Assembly (NCBI RefSeq): GCF_039654945.1
Contig: NW_027361747.1
Span: forward strand, 1,116,001-1,180,000
Direction: 5' to 3'
Length of the DNA: 64,000 nt
Source of the DNA: Dendrobates tinctorius
Lineage: Eukaryota
The notes under the pieces were generated by a model. That model saw nothing but the letters and a program-made list of their open reading frames with translations. It did no database searches and was not told where the DNA came from. The translations under genes were made by a program, and so were the position numbers. Below are positions 39,037-51,914 of this stretch, in pieces (positions within the stretch are counted from its first letter, which is position 1; each line of letters begins with the position of its first letter).

Positions 39037-39230
39037 GGCCGGGATCACACACAGCGAGATATGGCCGAGTCTCGCAGGTTAAAACCAAGCTCTGGCGCCG
39101 GCACTCCGGAGCGGAGTGTGCAGCCGCACAGCAATACATGGAGCTGCACGCTGCGATCCAGAGTGCCGGTGCCAAAGCTTGGTTTTAACCTGCGAGACTC
39201 GGCCGTATCTCGCTGTGTGTGATCCCGGCC
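39037..39230. mobile_element. 194-bp near-perfect palindromic Harbinger MITE, nested in a T2-type remnant
   Basis: TAA|GGCCGGGATCACACACAGCGAG ... CTCGCTGTGTGTGATCCCGGCC|TAA. Confidence 0.9.
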
Positions 39231-39459
39231 TAACACTACAGGACTAGCTGCCTTGTGCCTGCTAGTCCAACCACGTCTCCACCACTAATTTAGCATTCTA
39301 TACATTATACATAAAACACCTGCCAATCGGTTGAGTAGAATCCTATGTTAAAAAAAAAAGACTGTTTACGCAATAAAAATGCTGCTAACTTGGACAAAAA
39401 CTGAATTCTCACATTTTAATTGTATCCTAAACAGTTTTCATTAGATAGAAGACTTGTCA

Positions 39460-39660
<201 letters not shown>

Positions 39661-40450
39661 TCACTTTTCTTCAAGAATGTTGTTGAGTCTGGTAATCTTC
39701 TGAAGGCTACAGGTGTAGGTAATGAAAGACAAACTTTTCTGTATCCCTTAAAGTAAAAGGAGGTAATAATCTTAAACAAATGTAATTCCCGGTAAAAGTC
39801 TGCAGTTCAATTTTATTCTCGTTTACTAATGAAATGCAAATGAGGTCATTATAACCTTAATTAGATTCATTCCAGATGGTTAATGCTTTGAGATTGAGCA
39901 TGAAGTTAAAGTCACTCTTAAATCTGACCTTAGTGACATATTTCCATGGTTTCACGACAAGTGGCGGTTTCTTCTAAGACCACCATGAGATTTGTAGACA
40001 ATGTCAATAATTCATATAACGCAGTTTGGTGAAAGTCAAAAAAGTACTAAACTTTCTTTCAATGATATTCTCATATCCTCCATGAATATTGGAACAATAT
40101 AAGCTTTATACATTCCTACGCATTACAATAAAACAATGGGCTTCCAATTAAAGTGGATCAGTCACAAAGGGACAAGTTAATGAAACATGTTCCCCATGAC
40201 TGCAATTCCAGCTCATGCTGTTATTGATAGCATTCAGATATTTGGACATCTCTCTAAATGACCCACATTTTATGTCAGTCTTTTTAAGAGTCACAGCCTT
40301 GACCGAGCTACAAGGGGACATAATGTACCGAATATAATATGATCATCGATTGTGCAAATTGTTTATCTATTCAGAAATTTTTCAATTTTAGCCTTTTTTC
40401 TGGTCACAAATGACTCTATTGTTCTTGGCATTACACCAAGATTTACCTTA

Positions 40451-41242
40451 CAGGGAACCTGTCATCAAGATTTTATACCCCAAACTAACGGTAGGTATGT
40501 AACGGCGCTTTAATGATTAAAACCTTATATTAACTTTTGAAATCAGTTTTTGCCTCTCTCATTATTCCTCGCCACCTCCTGTCGCTGATTTGACAGATCA
40601 CTGCTGTTTTAGTGATCTACTTTCACCTGCCAGAGATCTGTCAGTCAGAGACAGGAGAAGAGACTGAAGGAGAAGCAGGAGCAGTAGTCTCGGCACCACC
40701 AAGAAGTCATGGGATGGATGTGCGTTAAAAGATTCTTTTTGGAATCAGGTAGATTCCTTCTTCCGAAACACGTTGTGTGAATAAAGAATCTTTTAGCGCA
40801 CATCCAGGCTGTAACGTCTTGGCTCGGGGATTACCGCTCCTATGTCTCTTCCCACCCAGGTGTGGATCAGAGGCTGGAGAAATAGCCTATCCATTGCCCT
40901 ACGATCAACCAAGTTGTTCCAGGTCACAACTCATCCAGGTGAGCGAACACCTCTATCTGTCCTATTACTCGCACTTTATGGTAACATATTTGGGAGCCTC
41001 GCTTTCTGTTTTCATTACACAGTCAAAGACATGAGGCAGGCGGGGAATAGGGAGAGAGGCAAGAGAGCTGCAAGTGAAATGTCCGGCCCAGCTGCACTTG
41101 CAGCTCATTAGCATATAATGTCAACAAAGGACTTCTCTAAAATTGCAAAACTGATTTATATAAGCAAATTAAGAATTTAATCAGCATTAAAGCGCATTTT
41201 CGTACATGATGTTGGTTTGGGGTATAAAATAGACACGTTCTC
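40451..41242. mobile_element. Degenerate Kolobok/T2-type MITE
   Basis: agggaacctgtc ... gttctct|ttaa with imperfect inverted arms (ttttataccccaaac / gtttggggtataaaa). Confidence 0.55.
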
Positions 41243-41841
41243 TTTAAAAGGGTTCTCACATTAGAAATAACCTATTTATGCGCCCTTGCTTGCAGGTGCC
41301 AGCACACAGACAAGCTACAATTCGGTGGTTGGACCATTTGAGAGGTCTCGGAAATAGTTACCGGTACTTGGCTTCTAGAGTTGAGTGAATCAGCAAAGGT
41401 ACGAATTTGGCAAATCACATGAATTTTATAAAGGAAATTTGATTTGCCGTGAACTTATTTGATACAAATTGAATATTCCTTATTATTCCATTCTCTGAGG
41501 TCACTCCAGATCCCAAAGCATAAGAAAAGTAGCATGTAAAATTAAAAGGGTTGTCTACTACTCAGACAACCCCTTCTCAATTGTTATTTTTCCCCTGTAT
41601 AAAAAAAAGCAGCCTCTGGTGCTGGCGCATGGTCTTCTGGGACTCGCATGATGTTAGTATGCCACGAGCCCTGCACTAAATTAGCTGGTTCTTCACTCTC
41701 ACTTCCTTTGGAGATACCTTACTTTCAGAGAGGGTCTGAAAGCAGCAGCTCTCACTTCTTCAAAGTGTCAATTTTGTCTGAAGTGTGATAGTAAAGTGGC
41801 TGCAGGGCTCAAGTGGCATAACATCACCATGCAAGTCCCGG

Positions 41842-43497
41842 TGTAACAGGCCAGATTAACCCCCGCCCAGAATATACCCCGGGGTATAAATTGGCCTAGG
41901 CCAGTTTATACCCCTCTGGGTCAGAATATCCCAGCTGCTGTAGATCAGATTTTTCACACTTTTCAGAACCATCAAGAATGTGGCCCCAGGCAGCACACAG
42001 GGCCCCAAGCAGCACACAGCAGCACACGGGGCAGCAGTGACAGCGAACAGGGTCCCAGGCAGCACACGGGCAGAGACAGCGAACGGGTTCCCAGGCAGCA
42101 CACGGGGGCCCCAGGCAGCACATGGGGCCCCAGGCAGCACACTTGGTCCACAGGCAGTGCACAGGGTCACAGGCAGCACATGGCGGCCCCAGGAAGTGCA
42201 CAGTGCCCCAGGCAGAGCACTGGGGCCACAAGCAGCAAACGGGGCCCCAGGCAACACACGGAGCCCCAGGCAGCGCACATGGCCCCCGGCAGCACACGGG
42301 GAACCCAGGCAAAATACAGGGACCACAGGCAGCACACGGGGTCCCAGACAGAGTACAGGGGCCCCGGGCACCACACAAGGGGCCTCAGGCAGCACATAAG
42401 GGGCAGAGACTGTACACGGGGCCCCAGGCAGCACACAGGGGCCCCAGGAAGCACACAAGGGGCAGAGACAGCACACGGGTCCCCAGGAAGCACACGGGGG
42501 CCCCAGGCAGCGCACAGGGCCCCCCGCAGCATACAGAGCCCCAGGCAGAGCACAGGGGCCATAGGCAGCACACGGGGCCCCAGGCAGAGCACAAGGCCCA
42601 CAGGCAGCACACGGGGCCCCAGGCAGCACACATGGGCCCCAGGCAGCACACAAGAGGCAGAGACAGCACACGGGGCCCCAGGCAGCACACATGGGCCCCA
42701 GGCAGCACACAAGGGGCAGAGACAGCACACGGGGCCCCACGCAGCGCACAGGGCCCCCTGCAGAACACGGCGCCCCAGACAGAGCACAGGGCCCCCGGCA
42801 GCACACGCCCCAGACATCGCACAGGGGGTCCCAGACAGCACACAGGGGGGCAAAAGCAGCACACAAGGGGGCAGAGACAGTCTCTTCCCCCCCCCTGGCG
42901 CTCTGTCTCTGCCCCCGTGTGCTGCCTGGGACCCCGTTCGCTGTCTCTGCCCCTTTGCACTGCCTGGGGCCACCGTGCGCTGCCTGGGGCTCCTGTGCTC
43001 TATCTGGGGCTCCGTGTGCTGCGGGGGCCCTGTGCACTGCCTGGGACCCCCGTGTGCTGCTTGTGGCTCCTGTGCTCTGCCTGGGGCCTCCATGTGCTGC
43101 CTGGGGCCCTGTGCGCTGCCTGAGGCCTCCGTGTGCTGCCTGGGGCCCCGTGTGCTGCCTGGGGCCCCGTGTGCTGCCTGGGGCCCTGTGCGCTGCTTGG
43201 GGCCCCATGTGCTGCCTGGGGTCCTGTGCGGTGCCGGGGCCCCGTGTGCTGCCTGGGGTCCTGTGCGGTGCCGGGGCCCCCATGTGCTACCTGGGAAACC
43301 ATTCGCTGTCTCTGCCCCTGTGTGATGCCTTGGGGCCCTGTGCACTGCCTGGGGCCCCTTTTTTGATGGTTCTCAAAAGTGTGAAAAATCTGATCTACAG
43401 CAGCTGGGGTAGATTCTAACCCGGAGGGGTATAATCTGGCCTAGGCCACTTTAACCTCGGGTATATTTGGGGCGGGGGGTTAATCTGGCCTGTTACA
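41842..43497. mobile_element. Ginger1-like non-autonomous element with inverted GC-rich ~20-bp minisatellite arrays, nested in a T2-type MITE (~41545-43618)
   Basis: CCGG|TGTAACAGG ... CCTGTTACA|CCAG with ~135-bp TIRs. TGT termini and a CCGG 4-bp target are Ginger1 hallmarks. Confidence 0.75.
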
Positions 43498-44120
43498 CCA
43501 GGAGCCTTAGCATCAACATCGCTGGAATGAAGCTGGCACAGGAGATGAGTACAGGCAGTTTTTATTTTAGACGGTGGAATATAGCTATTGGAAAGGGGTT
43601 GTCTGAGACAATCCCTTTAATACTCACCTTGTCACTCACCTTCCCTGCATCCTTCCAGTCCTCTGTGCTTTTCCTTTTCCCCTTTCCCAGTTGCGAGCAT
43701 CCTTTATAGCCTCTTCAGTTCAGCCAAGATTTATGGCATGTTAGGCCTTTGACATCACTGTTCACACAGCACACAGAGACATCAGAGGCCTAGTCGTGCC
43801 AAAAGCCTGAAGAAGGCAAAGAGGATGCGCATTACTGGGGTAGGAGAAATTAATATACAAGAAGGACTGGATGGTGGGCTGTGGGAACAGCAAGACAGGT
43901 GAGTGGTGAGTATTACTTTTCTTAACCTTTTGCCTGACACTCTGTAGTTCAGAAAAATCATGGTGTAAAATTTGAGGAGAGTTTAACTTTACCAAAAATA
44001 AATTTAGTCATATTTACTGGCTTCTGCTTAAAGTTAATATAAAGGGGTTTTCACAACAGAAATCAGAAATAGTTTATCTTTTGACCATCTGATATCAAGG
44101 CTAAGTATCACATATTCAGC

Positions 44121-44165
<45 letters not shown>

Positions 44166-44177
44166 TGTATATATATA

Positions 44178-45805
44178 CAGTTGTGGCCAAAAGTATTAAC
44201 ACCCCTCCAATTCTGTCAGATAATACTCAGTTTCTTCCTGAAAATGATTGCAAACACAAATTCTTTGTTATTTTTAACTTCATTTAATTTGTCTTAAATG
44301 AAAAACACAAAAAGAATTGTCCTAAAGCCAAATTGGATATAATTCCACACCAAACATAAAAAAGAGAGTGGACAAAAGTATTGGCACTGTTCGAAAAATC
44401 ATGTGATGCTTCTCTAATTTGTGCAATTAACAGCACCTGTAACTTACCTGTGGCACCTAACAGGTATTGGCAATAACTAAATCACACTTGCAGCCAGTTG
44501 ACATGGATTAAAGTTGACTCAACCTCTGTCCTGTGTCCTTGTGTGTACCACATTGAGCATAGAGAAAAGAAAGAAGACCAAAGAACTGTCTGAGGACTTG
44601 AGAAACCAAATTGTGAGGAAGCATGAGCAATCTCAAGGCTACAAGTCCATCTCCAAAGACCTGAATGTTCCTGTGTCTACCGTGCGCAGTGTCATCAAGA
44701 AGTTTAAAGCCCATGGCACTGTGGCTAACCTCCCTAGATGTGGACGGAAAAGAAAAATTGACAAGAGATTTCAACGCAAGATTGTGCGGATGTTGGATAA
44801 AGAACCTCGACTAACATCCAAACAAGTTCAAGCTGCCCTGAAGTCCGAGGGTACAACAGTGTCAACCCGTACTATCCGTCGGCGTCTGAATGAAAAGGGA
44901 CTGTATGGTAGGAGACCCAGGAAGATCCCACTTCTTACCCCGAGACATAAAAAAGCCAGGCTGGAGTTTGCCAAAACTTACCTGAAAAAGCCTAAAATGT
45001 TTTAGAAGAATGTTCTCAGGTCAGATGAGACAAAAGTAGAGCTTTTTGGGTAAAGGCATCGACATAGAGTTTACAGGAGAAAAAAAGAGGCATTCAAAGA
45101 AAAAAACACGGTCCCTACAGTCAAACATGGCGGAGGTTCCCTGATGTTTTGAGGTTGCTTTGCTGCCTCAGGTACTGGACTGCTTGACCGTGTGCATGGC
45201 ATTATGAAGTCTGAAGACTACCAACAAATTTTGCAGCATAATGTAGGGCCCAGTGTGAGAAAGCTGGGTCTCCCTCAGAGGTCTTCCAGCAGGACAATGA
45301 CCCAAAACACACTTCAAAAAGCACTAGAAAATGGTTTGAGAGAAAGCACTGGAGACTTCTAAGGTGGCCAGCAATGAGTCCAGACCTGAATCCCTTAGAA
45401 CACCTGTGGAGAGATCTAAAAATGGCAGTTTGGAGAAGGCACCCTTCAAATATCAGGGATCTGGAGCAGTTTGCCAAAGAAGAATGGTCTAAAATTCCAG
45501 CAGAGCATTGTAAGAAACTCATTGATGGTTACCGGAAGCAGTTGGTCGCAGTTATTTTGGCTAAAGGTTGTGCAATCAAGTATTAGGCTGAGGGTGCTAA
45601 TACTTTTGTCTGGCCCATTTTTGGAGTTTTGTGTGAGATGATCAATGTTTTGCTTTTTGCTTCATTCTCTTTTGTGTTTTTTCATTTAAGACAAATTAAA
45701 TGAAGATAATAATACCAAAGAATTTGTGTTTGCAATCATTTTCAGGAAGAAACTGAGTATTATCTGACAGAATTGCAGGGGTGTCAATACTTTTGGCCAC
45801 AACTG
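44178..45805 (+). mobile_element. Tc1 transposon of a second family, full length but with a pseudogenised transposase (~44558-45586), inserted in (TA)n
   Basis: TA|CAGTTGTGGCCAAAAGTATT ... AATACTTTTGGCCACAACTG|TA; motifs GRKRK and SPDLNPLE, with in-frame stops. Confidence 0.92.
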
Positions 45806-45807
45806 TA

Positions 45808-46056
45808 TAATCAAAAAGCAGCATCAAAGAAAATCTGTAGGGTGTAAGAAGTCCTTCCAGGCATATACCAAACCTCATAATAAGATCCAAAAAAAATGAA
45901 GGCAGCACTCTCAGATGTAGTTTAATGGCCCATGTGCGACGTTTCGGTCTCAAGTGTGGACCTTTCTCACACTTGGAACCGAAACGTCGCACATGGGCAA
46001 TTAAACTACATCTGAGATTTATAATTGGGTGCTGCCTTCATTTTTTTTTATCTTAT
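45808..46056. mobile_element. Miniature inverted PLE-derived element (palindrome ~45880-46056 plus left-side tail)
   Basis: Arms fold back at a hammerhead-like UGAGAAA-GGUC..GACC-GAAACGUCGC; arm ends are GTGCTGCCTTC-T-rich; AT-microsatellite flanks. Confidence 0.6.
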
Positions 46057-46335
46057 ATATAAATAAATATATATATATATATTAATTCTTATATCTAATA
46101 TATACTTGCCTTGTAATGTCTTCACATCCTGTTTCGCCCAGATGTGTCCGGATCCCAGAATTCCAAATGGCAGAAGTTCACCGACCGCCATATTGGGACA
46201 CCCAAGTGATGGGTATCTCAATATGGAAACTGCTGGCGGTACCACCAGCAGAACACCGTCGCATCACACACACCCACACATACACACTGTATATGCCGTG
46301 CACACCACACACACACACTGTATATGCCGTACGCA

Positions 46336-46375
<40 letters not shown>

Positions 46376-47146
46376 TATGCTGTAAGCGCCACACACACTG
46401 TATACGCCGTACGCACCGTCTTGCATGGTACCATCAGCAAAAGACAATACCGAGATTAAAGCAGAGGATCACAGAGGATTCATTTTGTGAGGTAAAATAT
46501 TTCACTGTTTTTAAACAATATTTTACCTCACAAAATGTATCCTCTGCGATCTCCTGGTGTAATGTAAGTATTGTCTTTTGCTTCCTCCCCTGACCAGGAG
46601 CTGTGGTATGCTCTGTACACGACCAGACACAGAAAATTTTTAAAATGAACTTCCATTCGTGGGAAAACCCCTTTAAAAAGCACCAACATTGCTCCTTTAA
46701 CACAGGGGGAGGTGTGAGTGCACACAGCAAAGAGGACACACGGGGGCGGGGGTAGACAGCTCAAATGAGAGAACACATGGGGGAAGAACACAGCACAGTG
46801 TTGGAAAGAGAGCAGACAAGGGGGAGAGCACATGGGGTACACAGGTCAAAGAAAAGATGGCATGAGAGGAGAAGATAGCGGAGGAGAAAGCGCACAGGGG
46901 TGAGACAGCTCAAACGGGACAGCACATGAAGGGAGAACACAGCACAGGAAGGAGAGACAGCAGACAAGGGGGATAGCACATGGGGTAGACAGGTGAAAGA
47001 ATAGAGCACAGACGGGAGAAGTCAGTGCATGGGAAAAGTGATGGGTGGGTGAGCACATGGGGGGGGTTAAATTCTCAATGCTGCAAAGCCTGACCCCATT
47101 GTGACATTACTGCCCTCCCGATGCAATAGCATCGGGCCTCCATCTA

Positions 47147-47194
<48 letters not shown>

Positions 47195-47345
47195 TCAACA
47201 AATATTTTACTGAAGTCATTAAAATAATAAATGATTCAGTTTTTCAGTATGCCTATACAGTGTTTTGGATATTTAGCTTCAGAGTTAAAAGGCTAGAAAA
47301 TAATATGAAGATACCTAGTAACAAAAAGGAGGCTGCTTTTTATTC

Positions 47346-49070
47346 TGAGATCAGGGTCTCACATTACCATGCTATCACCCTAGACTCATATAGGGCCCAG
47401 TTGGGAGACCTCCCATGCACCACGGGGAGATTGTTTAGGATGTATGCCCATAAGATGTCTCAGGAATGTCGGAGATGGCTGGAAGCAGAAAACGTCTTCC
47501 TTATAAAACAATTTCTTGCCATGTGCCCCTAAGAAATATGGAAATGGGTCCGGGAGCGAACAATGTGGACCTTGGATAGAGCTGCAGCTCTGGCCGGTGA
47601 AGCCCTTATTATCAAACCGCAATGGAGGAGGCTTCTTAACAATAAAACACAGCCTACTCCTGCGCCCCGGTCCCCTCTGGTAATATCTGCCCCTCCACCC
47701 AGCCGCAGGCCGATGACAACCACGCCTCACAATCCCAGGCCCCAAAAGTTCCGACCACAACCTAGGGGCATCACAGAGAGGAGATGTTATGCGTGCAGGC
47801 AACCTGGGCACCTGCAATCCAGCTGTCCCTCAATGACTTGGATGGAGACCCAAGCACCCCCACCTTGTCCGATGTATCTTGTGCACTACATCCTGCCTAG
47901 AGAAATAGTTACCACCACACCCACCAGAGTGGACCGTCAACCCCTGTGCCAAAAGAACCATATACTCCCCCAGGCCGACCTACTCCTAACGCTGTACAAG
48001 GAGCTATAAACAGTTGTGCAATGTAGACTAAAATGAGGTGGCCAGAGGTCTGTGTAGACCTTGTGGCGTGCTCACTTATTAAAAGGGAGGAGAGGTTTGT
48101 GATATGGTGTGTGGGATATCATTCTATGTTCAGATTTTTAATGATTTTAGGAGTGTATTCCCCGTCTTATCTAGAGTCGTAATTACCTTACAAAAGGTCT
48201 GATAATTGAATTGGCTCAGTTACCATGTTCAGCCGGAATGTGTCTATGCCCCTTGATGAACCCCTGCTGACTTTTCCTAACTGTCCTTTCATTACCCCTT
48301 TGTCCTCCAAATGCCAAAAATCATCCGCTGTAGTGCCTTGATCTCTTAGGCACCGTTTACAGGTTTGGTCGAAATGAAAACCGTCCAACCTCTCTGCCTA
48401 CCTCTAGATATAAGGAAGGGGCCTGAGGAGGACATGGAGACCAGTAAGGCTGGTTTCACACTTGCGTTTTTTTGCGCTGCTTTTTAGCTGTTGCATTTTT
48501 TGTGCGTCCGACTTGCCCCAAAAAAACGCATGCGCACGCAATGCGTTTTTTACAGCAAAACCCCCATTGTACTCTATGGGTGTGCATACGTGCGCATTGT
48601 AATGAGCACGTATGCGCAAAAAAACGCACCAAAACCCGCAAAAAAACGCACACAAACGCATGAAGCATTTTCTCCATGCGTTTGTGTGCGCAAAAAACGC
48701 GCAGCAAGAAAACGCAAGTGTGAAAGTAGCCTAAGATTTATCTTTTGTGGGATGCTGATGCTAAGGCCAGCATCCCAGAGAGACTTGGAGAAACCCCTAT
48801 TACCCTGAAAAATACTGCTGGAGGAACCCTATCCAGAGAAGTATCTGGTGCAGCACTGCCATATTAATCTCTAAGCCAAGGATTGTGACTATCATCTTGT
48901 GGGGCATTTATCCCGTTAATGGACTGTATCCGTGTTCCTGGACTAGGTTATCCTCTGTGTGGTGAATTGTTTTATGGACCTTTCGGTTTGCATGTAATAA
49001 AGTTTCTTGGGACTGTTCACTCATCTCTCGCTGTGTTGGTTGTGTGATACCGATGTAGGACCCCGTGACA
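47346..49070 (+). mobile_element. Internally deleted Gypsy (Gmr1-like) remnant: SCAN-like gag, zinc knuckle, polypurine tract and 3' LTR (48098-49070)
   Basis: IKQFLAMCP*EIWKWVRER..TLDRAAALA; CYACRQPGHLQSSC; aaaagggaggagagg before TGTGA; aataaa and ..GTGACA at the end. Confidence 0.7.
48448..48731. mobile_element. Harbinger MITE nested in the LTR
   Basis: TAA|GGCTGGTTTCACACTTGCG ... CGCAAGTGTGAAAGTAGCC|TAA. Confidence 0.85.
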
Positions 49071-50030
49071 GTGGGTGTAGAGAAAGCAGGAGCTGCTGGG
49101 TCATATCAGATCCATATAAGCTCTGTAGTGCAACCAGAAGGCCGGATTTCCCCTGTAACTGGGATTAATATACAAGCTACAGTTACAGAGGAAATTAAAT
49201 AAAAAATATAAAGTATTTCATTCCCCCAAAGTTCTTTAATGACCTTATAGGGCGTGATGAGGTGGTTAACAATGTGTGAAATAAATGAAAATTAAATAAA
49301 GAGCAAAAAGAAAATAAATAAAAAAGCTATTACCAATCCAAATTGGTATTACTAGCAGCGCCCACATCGGGAAAAAAAGAGGAATCTAATACATACAAAT
49401 TGTGGATGGAATTTGCCTGAAAAAGATGCCGTGTGTACACACCCTTACTTGGCATTTTTTTCAATGGAATACCTTGAAATAGGAAAACTCTTTAATCACA
49501 TTATATCTTTCTTAAACTGAAAATAATAACAACACAAACTTGCAATATTTATCAGCGCATTTTGTTCTGCAGGACGATGAAAATGGAAGGAAGTTATTTG
49601 CAATCCACAATTTTGAACACAACACATGATCAGAGAACATGAAAATGTTTGGTATATTGTGATTTGATGGAATTACAGATGTCTGTCGATGTGCCCTACT
49701 TTTCCCTGGTGACATGACAAATTTTTGAGATTCATGCATGTGATGATCAATAGAGCATTGCAGTGCTATCAGAGTTCAATATAAAACCTAGAATGTTCCA
49801 CTCATCAATTTCCTGAGCATCTGAGAAAAGCAACACAATGAAAATCCATAGGTAACAGGAGAATAACAGTCTTAATAACATATCAGAGATATTAATTGTG
49901 GAATCAAATGTCGACAGCCAGACACACTAAGCTGCAGGATAACAGCTCCATCCATAAATGCATAGGCTGAATAATACTATTCCATGAAATCTTTATATCG
50001 AAATCTAAGATGAATGATCAGACTTCTTAA

Positions 50031-50830
50031 AGAGAACCTGAAAGCATGATTTTGCATGTTGAAGTAAAGGCATGACCATAAAGGTGTTGTTATACAAATT
50101 AAATAGCTACTGTTTTTGAAGAAATCCCCTTCTTGGTTATTCTTTAATCAGCATTTGAAGTTTAGGTGTAATAAGCTTTTGATGCAGAGTGGTGGGACTG
50201 TGTGTAGGGTCTTCGTCTCCTGCCCAGCCATTCCACCTGCCTTTGGTGTCTGTATCTGCCTTCTGTTTGAAAGTTCTCCCAAGTGCTATCCTTGCCTCAG
50301 GCGCCACTTGCACAGATTTATCTCCCACTGGTCTTCAATAAAATGGCGACGGTGGCATCCCATGCGCAGATTGACCTCGGCTATCTTCAGTAAAATGGCA
50401 CCAATGGCGACGCATGCGCAGATTGACTTCAGCTATCTTCAGTAAAATGGCGCCAGTGGTGGAGCATGCACAGGTTGAAACTTCTGCACAATGGTGAGTT
50501 GAGATCTCAATTTGCGCATGAGTGCAACAGGCACCATTTTATTGAAGACCATCGGGAGATCAATCTGTGCAAGCACAGCTCGCTGTGAGGATGACGCCAG
50601 CACAAATTTTCAAAGAAGAGGCAGATACAGACACCAGAAGCTGGTGGGGAGTCCGAGGCAGGAGCTGAAGACCTTACCCACAGTCCTCCCTCATTCACTG
50701 AAGGCTTATTACACCCAAACTTCAAATGCTGATTAATGAACAACCACCATGCGGATTTCTTCACTAAACCTATCTATTTAATCTGGATAACAGCGCCATT
50801 ATGGTCAAGTCTTTACTTTAACTTGCAAAC
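50031..50830. mobile_element. Degenerate palindromic Kolobok/T2-type MITE
   Basis: ttaa|agagaacctg start; imperfect inverted arms at ~50110-50390 and ~50510-50770. Confidence 0.6.
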
Positions 50831-51245
50831 TGATCAAACACTTACATCGTCTAGGGTACATGTACTTATATATTTGAGTATTTTGTAAAAGGGTTTGTCC
50901 ACATTCAGGAAAAGAGACCCTGAACTCTGTAAAATACCTAAAATAAAGATCTAGTCTCAAATGGTTTGGTTGCAACGGTGAAGTCACATCAACAACACGC
51001 ATCACCGTTCTAGCCAATCAAGTTTCCACCCTGAGCTCCGCGGCGCGTGACGTCAACATTGGCAGAGACGCTGAGCTCAGTTACTTAGCTAGGGTAGTGA
51101 CAGAGACTAAAAGGGTGAGTACCTGCTGACTATATTTTACACAATTTGTGGCCTACTTTCCTGAAAGTGGAATTGGTACAAAGCAAGCTCCCACCTTATC
51201 ATTGTGACAGTCGATGACATGACTTGATATTGGGCAACATTTCTA

Positions 51246-51914
<669 letters not shown>

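Noticed and set aside
41856-43419. Long Gly/Pro/Cys/Ala-rich ORFs on both strands
   Set aside because: Translation of a GC-rich minisatellite, with no splice or domain support.
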